In this document: in pieces, positions 47,601-56,880 of the stretch
Numbering within the stretch: position 1 is the first letter of the stretch
How the letters are laid out: each line of letters starts with the position of its first letter
Sequence record: OZ336096.1
Length of the DNA stretch: 64,000 nucleotides
DNA from: a phage
Reading direction: 5' to 3' (one strand)
Translations under genes and position numbers: made by a program
The notes under the pieces: model-generated
Told to the model about the DNA's origin: nothing
Seen by the model: only the letters and a program-made list of their open reading frames with translations
Databases searched by the model: none

Positions 47601-48548
47601 TGTAGAGCGTTTTTATCACCATACCATAACGAATATGGTGAAGAGTTTTATGTAGGTCGTGCTAATATTGGTGCTGTATCTTTGAACTTACCAATGATTT
47701 ACCAGTATTCTAAAGAGAATGGTTTAGATTTCTGGAAAGAGCTTGATAAGTACCTAGAGATGATTCGCAGCTTCCACAAGAAACGCTACGAAATGATTGC
47801 TAATATGCCAGCAAGTTCTAACCCTCTTGCATTTACACAAGGTGGTCTGTACAAAGGGACTAAGAAACCTACTGATAAGGTTGGCTGGGATATTGTGAAG
47901 TCCTTCACAGCTTCTTTTGGGGTTACTGCACTAGACGAGCTATCTGTTCTTGCTGAAGGTAAGCGACTTCATGAAGTTGGAAGCTGTAGTTTTGCATATG
48001 ATGTTCTGGAATATATCAACATAAAGACTGAAGAGTTTAAAAATGAAGATGGTTTCTTATATGCAGTCTATGGCACTCCAGCAGAATCACTTTGTGGAAC
48101 TCAGCTAAAACAGTTCAGAGATATGTTTGGCGTTATCAAAGGTGTTTCTGATAAAGAATACTTTACAAATAGTTTCCATATGAATGTTGCAGCAGACATT
48201 ACACCATTTGAGAAGCAGGACTTAGAAGAACCTTTCTTCCATATCTGTAGAGGTGGCAGAATCCAGTATGTAAGGGTAGCTAACCCAGAAAACTTACCAG
48301 CACTTAAAAGTTGTATTACAAGAGGGATGTTGAAAGGTTTCTATCAGGGACTTAACTTTGACTTAGCAATCTGTGAACATTGTGGTAACAGACCAAAGGC
48401 TGATGTTGAAGAATGTGAGGTTTGCCATTCACACGATATCTCTGTGATTAACAGGGTGTGTGGGTACTTGTCATTCACAAAAATTAAAGGTCAGTCTCGA
48501 ATGAATGACGCTAAGATGGCAGAAATTAAGGATAGGGTTTCTATGTAA
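47601..48548 (+). CDS. nrdD: anaerobic ribonucleotide reductase (class III), exon 2
   Basis: Reading frame open from 47601 (CRAFLSPYHNEYGEEFYVGRANIG...); Cys cluster and C-terminal glycyl-radical motif RVCGYL. Confidence 0.8.
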   Translation, partial: CRAFLSPYHNEYGEEFYVGRANIGAVSLNLPMIYQYSKENGLDFWKELDKYLEMIRSFHKKRYEMIANMPASSNPLAFTQGGLYKGTKKPTDKVGWDIVKSFTASFGVTALDELSVLAEGKRLHEVGSCSFAYDVLEYINIKTEEFKNEDGFLYAVYGTPAESLCGTQLKQFRDMFGVIKGVSDKEYFTNSFHMNVAADITPFEKQDLEEPFFHICRGGRIQYVRVANPENLPALKSCITRGMLKGFYQGLNFDLAICEHCGNRPKADVEECEVCHSHDISVINRVCGYLSFTKIKGQSRMNDAKMAEIKDRVSM

Positions 48549-48610
48549 AACTTGACAAGGTGATGTGGGTCTTGATAGGCTTGCATCACCTTTTTATTTG
48601 GAGTTACACT

Positions 48611-48946
48611 ATGGACTTGTGGCTTTATGTAGCAGTTTGTGGGATTGCATGTCTGATAATCTTATTTATTCTTGGAGTAATGCGATTTAGAGACATCATA
48701 CAGTCAGATTTTTTGCCTGAGTTTGCCATGATAGTTGGGGTTATTATACTTTGTGTCTTGGCGGTGTTCTATTCGTACAAAACTGTGATATGGATGGATG
48801 CAAACAATTGTGTAAAAACTCATCAACATCGTGAGGTTACTTATTTTGTAAGTGTACTTAGTGGGAACACCACTATACTTGTCCCACAAACTTCTGTAGA
48901 GTATCTTTACACATGTGATAATGGTAAAACTATATGGTGGAATTAA
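48611..48946 (+). CDS. membrane protein
   Basis: Two hydrophobic helices (LWLYVAVCGIACLIILFILGV; FAMIVGVIILCVLAVFY); start taken at ATG 48611. Confidence 0.4.
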   Translation: MDLWLYVAVCGIACLIILFILGVMRFRDIIQSDFLPEFAMIVGVIILCVLAVFYSYKTVIWMDANNCVKTHQHREVTYFVSVLSGNTTILVPQTSVEYLYTCDNGKTIWWN

Positions 48947-49149
48947 CAATGACAACACTCTTGAAAGCATTGACACCCATACTACATATAGCAGTCTTCT
49001 TCTTTGGGGTTAGTGTTATGGTATGGGGTTTTTCAGACCCACAATGGAGTTTCTCATATCATGGTCAGATGGATTTATGGTCATGTTTCAAACCATTTTT
49101 AGGGTTAGCTATAGCATTCAGTGCATTACCAACTAAGGTGAAATTATGA
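48934..49149 (+). CDS. small membrane protein
   Basis: 71-aa ORF with two hydrophobic segments. Confidence 0.35.
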   Translation: MVELTMTTLLKALTPILHIAVFFFGVSVMVWGFSDPQWSFSYHGQMDLWSCFKPFLGLAIAFSALPTKVKL

Positions 49150-49541
49150 TTAAGTTGAACCAAAAACAGTTAGAGTGGATTAAAGATTATGCCTCAGAGT
49201 GTGGCTCTTGCGAAAAGAGTCACGTAAGATACTCAACATTCCACACGGTATTCACACTGTATGTCAGCGACAACGTTCTAAGTGATTCTGTAGAAGATGG
49301 TGTAGCATTGCCTAATGAATTGCTTGACAAATTAGCTGTAGTTACTGGAACGTGGAGTGAAGAAGATGGTCACGAGCTATCTGACGATGTTGTCTTCTAC
49401 AGTCTTGAAAACATTATGAATCCAGAGTACATTATGCTAATGACTTGTGCACAAGATTTTGTACCATTACAAAACTTCATTAAAGAGCACTGTGAAGAGT
49501 TTATTACTAAACAGGTTCCTTGTCAGGTGGTGTTTGAATGA
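49146..49541 (+). CDS. hypothetical protein
   Basis: 131-aa ORF. Confidence 0.4.
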   Translation: MIKLNQKQLEWIKDYASECGSCEKSHVRYSTFHTVFTLYVSDNVLSDSVEDGVALPNELLDKLAVVTGTWSEEDGHELSDDVVFYSLENIMNPEYIMLMTCAQDFVPLQNFIKEHCEEFITKQVPCQVVFE

Positions 49542-49837
49542 GTAAAACAATTCGAAGAAAAGGTTTAAAGAACGTTCATGGACTCTATGAGTGGAGAAAT
49601 AAGGTACGTAACAGAGAAAATGCTTCAGAGGTCTACTACCACTCTGATATGATGTCCAGAAAAGGTGGCTCTTACGACTTCACAAGTCAGCCTTGTAGAG
49701 AGATTAAGAAGGCTACTAAACGTCTTACAAGAACACAAATCAGGCAGCTTCCTAAGACATCCTTCTTAGATGAAGACTTTGACATTGATAGCAAGTCTCC
49801 AAAGAAAGCTGCTAAGAACACTTATATGTATTGGTGA
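49538..49837 (+). CDS. hypothetical basic protein
   Basis: 99-aa Arg/Lys-rich ORF. Confidence 0.4.
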   Translation: MSKTIRRKGLKNVHGLYEWRNKVRNRENASEVYYHSDMMSRKGGSYDFTSQPCREIKKATKRLTRTQIRQLPKTSFLDEDFDIDSKSPKKAAKNTYMYW

Positions 49838-49846
49838 GGTAACTAG

Positions 49847-50332
49847 ATGAATTACATGGAGATTAGACCATTTGACACAGCTAATGGTGAAGGGGTTCGT
49901 GTAAGCCTCTTCGTAGCTGGTTGTAAGCATCACTGTGAAGGCTGCTTTAACAGGGAGTCTTGGAAGTTTAATGCTGGTAAAGAGTTTACTTATGCAAACC
50001 TCTACGGAATCATCCAACTAATGGGTGATAATGCTGTCAGTGGTTTGTCAATACTTGGTGGAGAACCTCTGGATGATAGAAATATTCAAGAGGTTACCAA
50101 TATATGTAAACGTATTAAAACTGTTTACCCAGAGAAGTCTATCTGGCTCTGGACAGGTTTTCAGTTACACGAAAAGATTCACTTAGATGTGATGAAATAT
50201 GTTGACGTGGTGATTGATGGTAAGTATGATTCATCTAAACCAACAGTTAAACCATATCGTGGTTCTAATAACCAAAACCTCTGGAGAAAAGAGTATGGGT
50301 GGCAAGGTGATTGTCAGTGGAGAGCCGAGTAA
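49847..50332 (+). CDS. nrdG: anaerobic ribonucleotide reductase activating protein (radical SAM)
   Basis: 161-aa ORF with radical-SAM-type Cys cluster CKHHCEGCFN; size matches NrdG; near nrdD. Confidence 0.85.
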   Translation: MNYMEIRPFDTANGEGVRVSLFVAGCKHHCEGCFNRESWKFNAGKEFTYANLYGIIQLMGDNAVSGLSILGGEPLDDRNIQEVTNICKRIKTVYPEKSIWLWTGFQLHEKIHLDVMKYVDVVIDGKYDSSKPTVKPYRGSNNQNLWRKEYGWQGDCQWRAE

Positions 50333-50672
50333 GTCTCGTCGTAAAGTAGGTTACGGAAAAGGTGAAATAATGGTTCTTTCTTTTAACAGTGCTTTATTAG
50401 GTACTTACAAAGTTAAGACCGAACTACTTGATGAATGGAGAAAGTATACAAACTCACTTTTCGGTAATGTTGGAATGGAAGCCTTAGCAGAGATTGAGAA
50501 GGCTGGAACCTTTGAAGTTGTTGGTAAAGGTCACTACACAATGTTCTACAAAACAAATTTAAACGTTGGTGACAGTATTGTTGGTGTCACTGAAGAAGAA
50601 CTTAAAACATTTTGTGCAAAGATTGAGAGAGATATCAAATGGGAATCTGGAACAGTTTTAAATCAAAAGTAA
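50295..50672 (+). CDS. hypothetical protein
   Basis: ATG at 50295 within the listed ORF; alternative start at 50371 (MVLSF); overlaps nrdG 3' end. Confidence 0.35.
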   Translation: MGGKVIVSGEPSKSRRKVGYGKGEIMVLSFNSALLGTYKVKTELLDEWRKYTNSLFGNVGMEALAEIEKAGTFEVVGKGHYTMFYKTNLNVGDSIVGVTEEELKTFCAKIERDIKWESGTVLNQK

Positions 50673-50896
50673 AAGCAGCATTGGCATCACTAGGTATGCT
50701 CACTGGTGTTGACGTTACTCATCTCATGCAGAACTTCAAGATGGATGAGAAACTAGCTAATGAGATTATGAAAAGCATCTATGTAGGTCGTGGAAAAGGT
50801 GGTAAAAAACAAGCACATCGACCAACTGGTGCAGCAGCAATTAAACGTGCAGCTAAAAAAGCTCGTAACCGTAAACGTAATAAGAAGGCTAAATAA
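50639..50896 (+). CDS. hypothetical basic protein
   Basis: 85-aa ORF with Lys/Arg-rich C-terminus (KKARNRKRNKKAK). Confidence 0.35.
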   Translation: MGIWNSFKSKVKAALASLGMLTGVDVTHLMQNFKMDEKLANEIMKSIYVGRGKGGKKQAHRPTGAAAIKRAAKKARNRKRNKKAK

Positions 50897-50898
50897 TC

Positions 50899-51219
50899 AT
50901 GAGCAAAGTTTATAACACTCGTAAATTACAGATTTTCGTACTGTGCCAGTTTATGGCTAAAGAGTATAACTGCTACTATTGCGGTACAGGGTTCATCAGT
51001 GATAATGACGGCTCATATCTACCATTCAAAGAAGCTGTAAAACTCTTTAATGAAGAGAAAAGCTCTAAGAAAGATATTGAAAAGGTTAAACTAACCTACA
51101 GCAAGAAAGATAAGAAGATTATCTGCCTAGATAACTTTGTGAAAGTTACTGGAGAAGCAAAAGAGTTTATGGATGAGAGTGAGATTTCATTCACAAGCAT
51201 CTTGAAAGTAGCTCAGTAA
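50899..51219 (+). CDS. hypothetical protein
   Basis: 106-aa ORF followed by terminator. Confidence 0.4.
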   Translation: MSKVYNTRKLQIFVLCQFMAKEYNCYYCGTGFISDNDGSYLPFKEAVKLFNEEKSSKKDIEKVKLTYSKKDKKIICLDNFVKVTGEAKEFMDESEISFTSILKVAQ

Positions 51220-51231
51220 ACAGATACTATA

Positions 51232-51257
51232 AGGGGACTGTAAAGGTTCCCTTTTTA
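51232..51257 (+). terminator. rho-independent terminator
   Basis: GGGGAC-loop-GTTCCC stem (one G-U) followed by TTTTTATTTT. Confidence 0.6.
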
Positions 51258-51270
51258 TTTTGGAGATAAT

Positions 51271-51786
51271 ATGTATCTGTCAAACCTAAAACGTTCTGCT
51301 GCAATGTCAGTGCTAAGACTCAGCTTTGAGGAACGTCAAGAGTTCATTGACTCCCACCAATACGACCCCTCAAACTCCAATCACATGATTCTCTGGAATC
51401 GTGAAAGTACTCGTGAAAGAGCACTATTCCGTTATTACCCACACTACACTATAGATAACCTGTATGAATGTTTTGTTGTGAAGAACACCATTACAGTACT
51501 CAATAAACTTTGCAGATACACAGGTAGTCAATCCTTCACATTAGGCCACCACAAACCTGTTACAAAGGGTGGTGAGCATCACTGTGCAAACTGGTTTATC
51601 CAGACTAAACTTGATAACCAGAAGCAGGGAGATAACCTTCTAAGCACACCTAAGATGACCTACGAAGAACAAGAGAAATATATCAAAAATAATATGCCAG
51701 ATGTGCTTGACAACAACTATACAGATTTGGCAATATCTCTCCTGTTGAAGTTCGAGACAGTTTATAGGGCAACTTACAATGGCTAA
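51271..51786 (+). CDS. HNH endonuclease (free-standing)
   Basis: HNH-type motif LGHHKPVTKGGEHHCANWFIQTKLDNQKQG. Confidence 0.6.
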   Translation: MYLSNLKRSAAMSVLRLSFEERQEFIDSHQYDPSNSNHMILWNRESTRERALFRYYPHYTIDNLYECFVVKNTITVLNKLCRYTGSQSFTLGHHKPVTKGGEHHCANWFIQTKLDNQKQGDNLLSTPKMTYEEQEKYIKNNMPDVLDNNYTDLAISLLLKFETVYRATYNG

Positions 51787-52057
51787 AGAAAAGTGGGAGA
51801 TTTTACCATTAGTCAGTGAAGGTGGTAATGGTTGTGAGATGTACATGATACGTGGTCATGTTCCAGAACCAATTGCACTTGAGATGGTAAACAACTTTAC
51901 AGATGGTTCTTACAAAGACTTAGGAGAGCCAACTATAAAGCATCAATGGGTAAAACCTGTACCAGACAGCACAGGTAACTGTAGTGTACTTTACCACGTT
52001 GTAGACCCTGTAAAATGCAAATCTGCAATGGCAGTAACAAACGTAACTTTTGATTGA
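51779..52057 (+). CDS. hypothetical protein
   Basis: 92-aa ORF. Confidence 0.4.
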   Translation: MAKEKWEILPLVSEGGNGCEMYMIRGHVPEPIALEMVNNFTDGSYKDLGEPTIKHQWVKPVPDSTGNCSVLYHVVDPVKCKSAMAVTNVTFD

Positions 52058-52066
52058 GAGAAAATT

Positions 52067-52522
52067 ATGATTTTTTGCAGCTTCCAAAAAAGAATTATTG
52101 AGATTCTATACAATAAGTTTGGGACAGATAACACATTTGACTCAAATGAAGCTATTGAAGCCCTACAAGAAGGAAGTGATTACATCAAAAAACAGCCAAT
52201 AGCAAACATCAGGTACTACTTGACTCAGATGAGAAAGTGGGGTGTGCTCATCGTGGTAGGACAGATTAAGCAACAAGGGAGGATGCTCATCAACCAATTA
52301 AATAGAGGTTTTATTGAGAAGCACATTCAGCTAGACTATTTACTTAAAGAGCCACGAAACCAACGTGAAGAGCAGCAAAAAGACTTAAGTGGTGGTGTAG
52401 GTGTGTCTCCAGACATAAAATTCTTTATTGGTGAGTTGATGTTTGATACACTCCAAGATGCTGTTGAACACTGCAAAAAGTATGTTATCAAAGTAAAACG
52501 TGCAAAAATTATTTGGGAGTAA
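52067..52522 (+). CDS. paralog family protein, copy 1 (A-type)
   Basis: 151 aa; shares N-terminal MIFC.(F/L)QK..IEILY..FGT.NTFDSNEAI.AL and C-terminal A(V/I)EHCKK..IKVK.AK(I/V)IWE with copy 3. Confidence 0.6.
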   Translation: MIFCSFQKRIIEILYNKFGTDNTFDSNEAIEALQEGSDYIKKQPIANIRYYLTQMRKWGVLIVVGQIKQQGRMLINQLNRGFIEKHIQLDYLLKEPRNQREEQQKDLSGGVGVSPDIKFFIGELMFDTLQDAVEHCKKYVIKVKRAKIIWE

Positions 52523-52526
52523 TAAC

Positions 52527-52922
52527 ATGTTTGAGCTTCTGAAGGTTCTGTATATAAATTTTGGCTATGATAAAACATTTTCTGGCTCACAACTAACTAA
52601 GGTTTTTAATAAGTATCTACCACATGCTTCAATCAGGGATAAAGCTAATTGGTCTCACAGATTACGTAAAAGTGGGTATATTAGCGTTGTTGGAGCGACA
52701 GGCTTTAATAATGAGTATCTTATGAGAATCAATGAAGGCAAAGCTAAAAATGTGCTTTTAAATTGTAATGACCATCAACAAAAGGATGAAGAGGTTAGTG
52801 TAGGTGAAGTAGGGTACTTTATAGGTGACATGCACTTTACCAGTATGGAGGCAGCAGTTGAGCATTGTAAGAGAACGGTTATCCAAACAAAAAGAAAGCG
52901 TATTGTTTGGGAAGAAGTTTAA
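52527..52922 (+). CDS. paralog family protein, copy 2 (B-type)
   Basis: 131 aa from ATG 52527; shares M(F/I)ELLKVLY..FGYDKTF and C-terminal EA(A)VE(H/Y)CK..(V/I)IQ.KR.(R/K)(I/V)(V/I)WE with copy 4. Confidence 0.6.
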   Translation: MFELLKVLYINFGYDKTFSGSQLTKVFNKYLPHASIRDKANWSHRLRKSGYISVVGATGFNNEYLMRINEGKAKNVLLNCNDHQQKDEEVSVGEVGYFIGDMHFTSMEAAVEHCKRTVIQTKRKRIVWEEV

Positions 52923-52943
52923 ACATTTGATTAGGAATACACT

Positions 52944-53408
52944 ATGATTTTTTGCAATTTACAGAAGCACGTAATAGAGATTTTATACAAAACCTTCGGG
53001 ACAGAAAACACTTTTGACTCTAACGAAGCAATTGACGCATTAAGAGAGAATAGCCTTTTTATACGAGGCCAGTCAATCAGTAATACCCGTGGGTATCTAA
53101 CAATGTTAAGACAGTCTGGTGTACTGCTGACTGTAGGGCAGGTAAAAAGCAAAGGTAGACTAAGTATTAATCAATTAAATCGAGCCTTTATGGAGAAGCA
53201 CATACAACTGTCAAGGATGCTAGATAATACGCGTGAAGAGTTGGGGAGTTCACAAAAAGCAAGTTCATCTGATGTTAAAGAGGTGGATGTACAACCTGAC
53301 GTAAGATACTTTATTGCTGATGTTATGTTTAAAACACTCGATGAAGCTATTGAGCACTGCAAAAAGCATCTTATTAAAGTTAAATATGCAAAAGTTATTT
53401 GGGAGTGA
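52944..53408 (+). CDS. paralog family protein, copy 3 (A-type)
   Basis: 154 aa; clear paralog of copy 1. Confidence 0.6.
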   Translation: MIFCNLQKHVIEILYKTFGTENTFDSNEAIDALRENSLFIRGQSISNTRGYLTMLRQSGVLLTVGQVKSKGRLSINQLNRAFMEKHIQLSRMLDNTREELGSSQKASSSDVKEVDVQPDVRYFIADVMFKTLDEAIEHCKKHLIKVKYAKVIWE

Positions 53409-53412
53409 TGCT

Positions 53413-53793
53413 ATGATTGAACTGTTAAAAGTCCTGTATAATGAGTTTGGTTATGATAAAACTTTTACTTGTTCACAGATACGTAGTATCCATGATAAGG
53501 AATTTCCAAATGTATCCAAGACAAACAAGTCAACTCGGTTCAATCGTCTTCGCCAGAGGGGTTACATTAAAATAGTTGGATACAAGAATAACTCTTTCGA
53601 GTATGTAATGCAGATTAACAGAGAAGTATCAAGTAAAATACTTGAAGAGCCAACAGCCGAAGAACAAAAGATACAAGACGGTGAAGTTCGCTTCTTTGTG
53701 GAGAAGGAAAGTTTTGGGTCAATAGATGAAGCTGTCGAATATTGTAAAAAGAACATTATTCAGATAAAGCGTAGAAAGGTTATTTGGGAATAA
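53413..53793 (+). CDS. paralog family protein, copy 4 (B-type)
   Basis: 126 aa from ATG 53413; clear paralog of copy 2. Confidence 0.6.
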   Translation: MIELLKVLYNEFGYDKTFTCSQIRSIHDKEFPNVSKTNKSTRFNRLRQRGYIKIVGYKNNSFEYVMQINREVSSKILEEPTAEEQKIQDGEVRFFVEKESFGSIDEAVEYCKKNIIQIKRRKVIWE

Positions 53794-53808
53794 AGAGAGA
53801 GAGAAGCT

Positions 53809-54690
53809 ATGAAAACATCTATCCGTGTTACAGTTCATTCACCGACTAAAGGGACTCACGAAGAAGAGTTTAACATTATCCAATTCCCTTCTGGTGAGAT
53901 TGGTGGACACTTTTCACAAGAGCTTGTTGATTTCACTGCTTATGCAGCATCATCCATCAACAATGTGATTATGATTGTAAAGGGTTACGATAAGGATACC
54001 TTGTTTGCCCTAGCACTTGCTAAAGAGGTGGTGGATGACTTAGTACCTCATAAGTTTGCTATGAAGACTGTTATCTTTTACTATTTGCCAAATGCACGTT
54101 ACGACCGTCACATGTTTAAAGGTGATGCAGCAGCTTTGAAAGTGTTTGCACAACAGGTTAATGCAATGGGTTTTGATGCAGTCTGTGCAGTTGACCCTCA
54201 CAGCTATGTACCAGATAACCTGTTTAACTGCTTCCAGAGTATTCCTCAAAAGGAAATTGCAGTTCACTATGCAAATGACCCTCTGATTGATTACTTAGTA
54301 GCCCCAGATGCAGGTGCTGCTAAGAAGATTGCAGAGACTGCTAAAGAGGTGGATAAACCATATATCACAATGTCTAAAGTACGCAACCTTAAGACTGGTG
54401 AAATTACTGGTATGCGAATCCTTGATGATGTTGATTTGACAGATAAAACCGTCATGATTCTGGATGATATCTGTGATGGTGGTCGAACCTTCATAGAAGC
54501 AGCGAAACATCTTCGTGAAGCAGGTGCAAAACGTGTGGAACTATATGTAACACATGGTATCTTCTCTAAAGATGTTGAAAACCTTCTTGACAACGGTATC
54601 GACCATATTTACACTACAAACTCTTTAGGCGAAGCTAAAGACCGTGGCTTAACACATTATAGCCAAGTTACTGTAGCAAACCTTGATTGA
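53809..54690 (+). CDS. prs: ribose-phosphate pyrophosphokinase (PRPP synthetase)
   Basis: 293-aa ORF with PRPP-binding motif (VMILDDICDGGRT) and DPH motif; followed by terminator. Confidence 0.85.
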   Translation: MKTSIRVTVHSPTKGTHEEEFNIIQFPSGEIGGHFSQELVDFTAYAASSINNVIMIVKGYDKDTLFALALAKEVVDDLVPHKFAMKTVIFYYLPNARYDRHMFKGDAAALKVFAQQVNAMGFDAVCAVDPHSYVPDNLFNCFQSIPQKEIAVHYANDPLIDYLVAPDAGAAKKIAETAKEVDKPYITMSKVRNLKTGEITGMRILDDVDLTDKTVMILDDICDGGRTFIEAAKHLREAGAKRVELYVTHGIFSKDVENLLDNGIDHIYTTNSLGEAKDRGLTHYSQVTVANLD

Positions 54691-54699
54691 AAGTTTATA

Positions 54700-54720
54700 G
54701 GGGCTTAAAAGCCCCATTTT
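54700..54720 (+). terminator. rho-independent terminator after prs
   Basis: GGGGCTT-AA-AAGCCCC followed by ATTTT. Confidence 0.75.
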
Positions 54721-55077
54721 GAGAGAGATTAAAAGATGACTAAATCACTTTATGCAGTACCAGCAGGTTTAAACGCAGATGCTTACAAGTCATCGCATAT
54801 ATATCAGTATCCAGATGCTACACAGTATCTTATGCTGAACCTGACGCCACGTAGTGACAAATGGTTTAACAGCCCCTTAGCAATTGATGGTGTAGTAGCT
54901 TTTGGTATTCAACGTTTCGTTAAAGATTACTTGATAGACCACTGGAACGCCACTTTCTTTGAACGTGATAAAAAAGAAGCAATTGACGAAATCTTAGAAG
55001 TCATGAACGGTGTTCTGGGCAAAGATGCTATTGGTCGAGAGCATTGGGAAGCACTTCACGACTTAGGTTATCTGCCA

Positions 55078-55960
55078 GTCGAAGTATACGCTGTAGAAGA
55101 AGGCACAGTTGTTCCAATGCGTGTCCCAATGATTGTCTTCCAGAACACTGTTTCAGGCTTCCATTGGGTAGCAGGTTATCTGGAAGACGCTTTCTCTGCT
55201 GAGATTTGGAAGGCTTGTACCATTGCAACTATTGCATTGCACTACAAACGTATCTGTAAGAAGTGGGCTGACCTTACTTGTGACAACGACTTGCATTTAC
55301 CTTATCAGTGCCATGACTTTGCTATGCGTGGTATGTCCGGCTTTACTGATGACGCATTTAACGCTGTAGGCCACTTAACCAGCTTTAAAGGAACTGATAG
55401 CTTCCCTGCTGTATATACAGCTAAACGCATCTACGGGCAGTCTTACCCAATCTCTGATATTGGTGGTTCTGTACCAGCCACTGAACACTCTGTAATGTGT
55501 GCAAACATTGCTTGGGAAGGTGGTAATGAATTGATTGAAGAAGAAAGACGCTTCAAAGGTGAGTTGCAAACCTTCCGTCGCTTCTTAACAGAGACTTACC
55601 CAACTGGTATTGCAAGTGTTGTTTCAGACACTTATAACTTCTGGAGAACTGTGTCAGAAATCTTACCAGCACTCCGTAAAGAGATTATGGAACGTGATGG
55701 CAAACTGGTAATTCGTCCTGACTCTGGAGACCCTGTACATATTGTCACAGGTTATAAAGCAATCCACTTAGAGTGTGCTAAAAAGGCTTATTACGAGCAC
55801 CTAAGCAAGCTAGAGGCAGGTGATACAATGCTGAGCACCGTCCTGAACATGAAGCTTGAAGATATTAACTATGTTATGGCTGGGTGGTTACGTGCAGAAG
55901 GCTATGAAATGGTGGTTGACAGAGAAGACTTTGAAGTAGCCGATACAGTGTTGCTGAAAG
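55078..55960 (+). repeat. tandem duplication, copy 1 (883 bp)
   Basis: Identical to 55998..56880 at 920-bp offset wherever checked by eye. Confidence 0.85.
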
Positions 55961-55997
55961 CTTCATGTTCAGGACGGTGCTCAGCATTGTATCACCT
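55961..55997 (+). repeat. inverted 37-bp junction segment
   Basis: Exact reverse complement of 55818..55854; abuts the palindromic AAGCTT at the end of copy 1. Confidence 0.85.
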
Positions 55998-56880
55998 GTC
56001 GAAGTATACGCTGTAGAAGAAGGCACAGTTGTTCCAATGCGTGTCCCAATGATTGTCTTCCAGAACACTGTTTCAGGCTTCCATTGGGTAGCAGGTTATC
56101 TGGAAGACGCTTTCTCTGCTGAGATTTGGAAGGCTTGTACCATTGCAACTATTGCATTGCACTACAAACGTATCTGTAAGAAGTGGGCTGACCTTACTTG
56201 TGACAACGACTTGCATTTACCTTATCAGTGCCATGACTTTGCTATGCGTGGTATGTCCGGCTTTACTGATGACGCATTTAACGCTGTAGGCCACTTAACC
56301 AGCTTTAAAGGAACTGATAGCTTCCCTGCTGTATATACAGCTAAACGCATCTACGGGCAGTCTTACCCAATCTCTGATATTGGTGGTTCTGTACCAGCCA
56401 CTGAACACTCTGTAATGTGTGCAAACATTGCTTGGGAAGGTGGTAATGAATTGATTGAAGAAGAAAGACGCTTCAAAGGTGAGTTGCAAACCTTCCGTCG
56501 CTTCTTAACAGAGACTTACCCAACTGGTATTGCAAGTGTTGTTTCAGACACTTATAACTTCTGGAGAACTGTGTCAGAAATCTTACCAGCACTCCGTAAA
56601 GAGATTATGGAACGTGATGGCAAACTGGTAATTCGTCCTGACTCTGGAGACCCTGTACATATTGTCACAGGTTATAAAGCAATCCACTTAGAGTGTGCTA
56701 AAAAGGCTTATTACGAGCACCTAAGCAAGCTAGAGGCAGGTGATACAATGCTGAGCACCGTCCTGAACATGAAGCTTGAAGATATTAACTATGTTATGGC
56801 TGGGTGGTTACGTGCAGAAGGCTATGAAATGGTGGTTGACAGAGAAGACTTTGAAGTAGCCGATACAGTGTTGCTGAAAG
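55998..56880 (+). repeat. tandem duplication, copy 2 (883 bp)
   Basis: Identical to 55078..55960. Confidence 0.85.

Noticed and set aside
55375-56489. Two identical 64-aa reverse-strand ORFs (55375-55569 and 56295-56489)
   Set aside because: They are antisense to nadV and identical only because they lie in the two copies of the 920-bp duplication; not independent genes.
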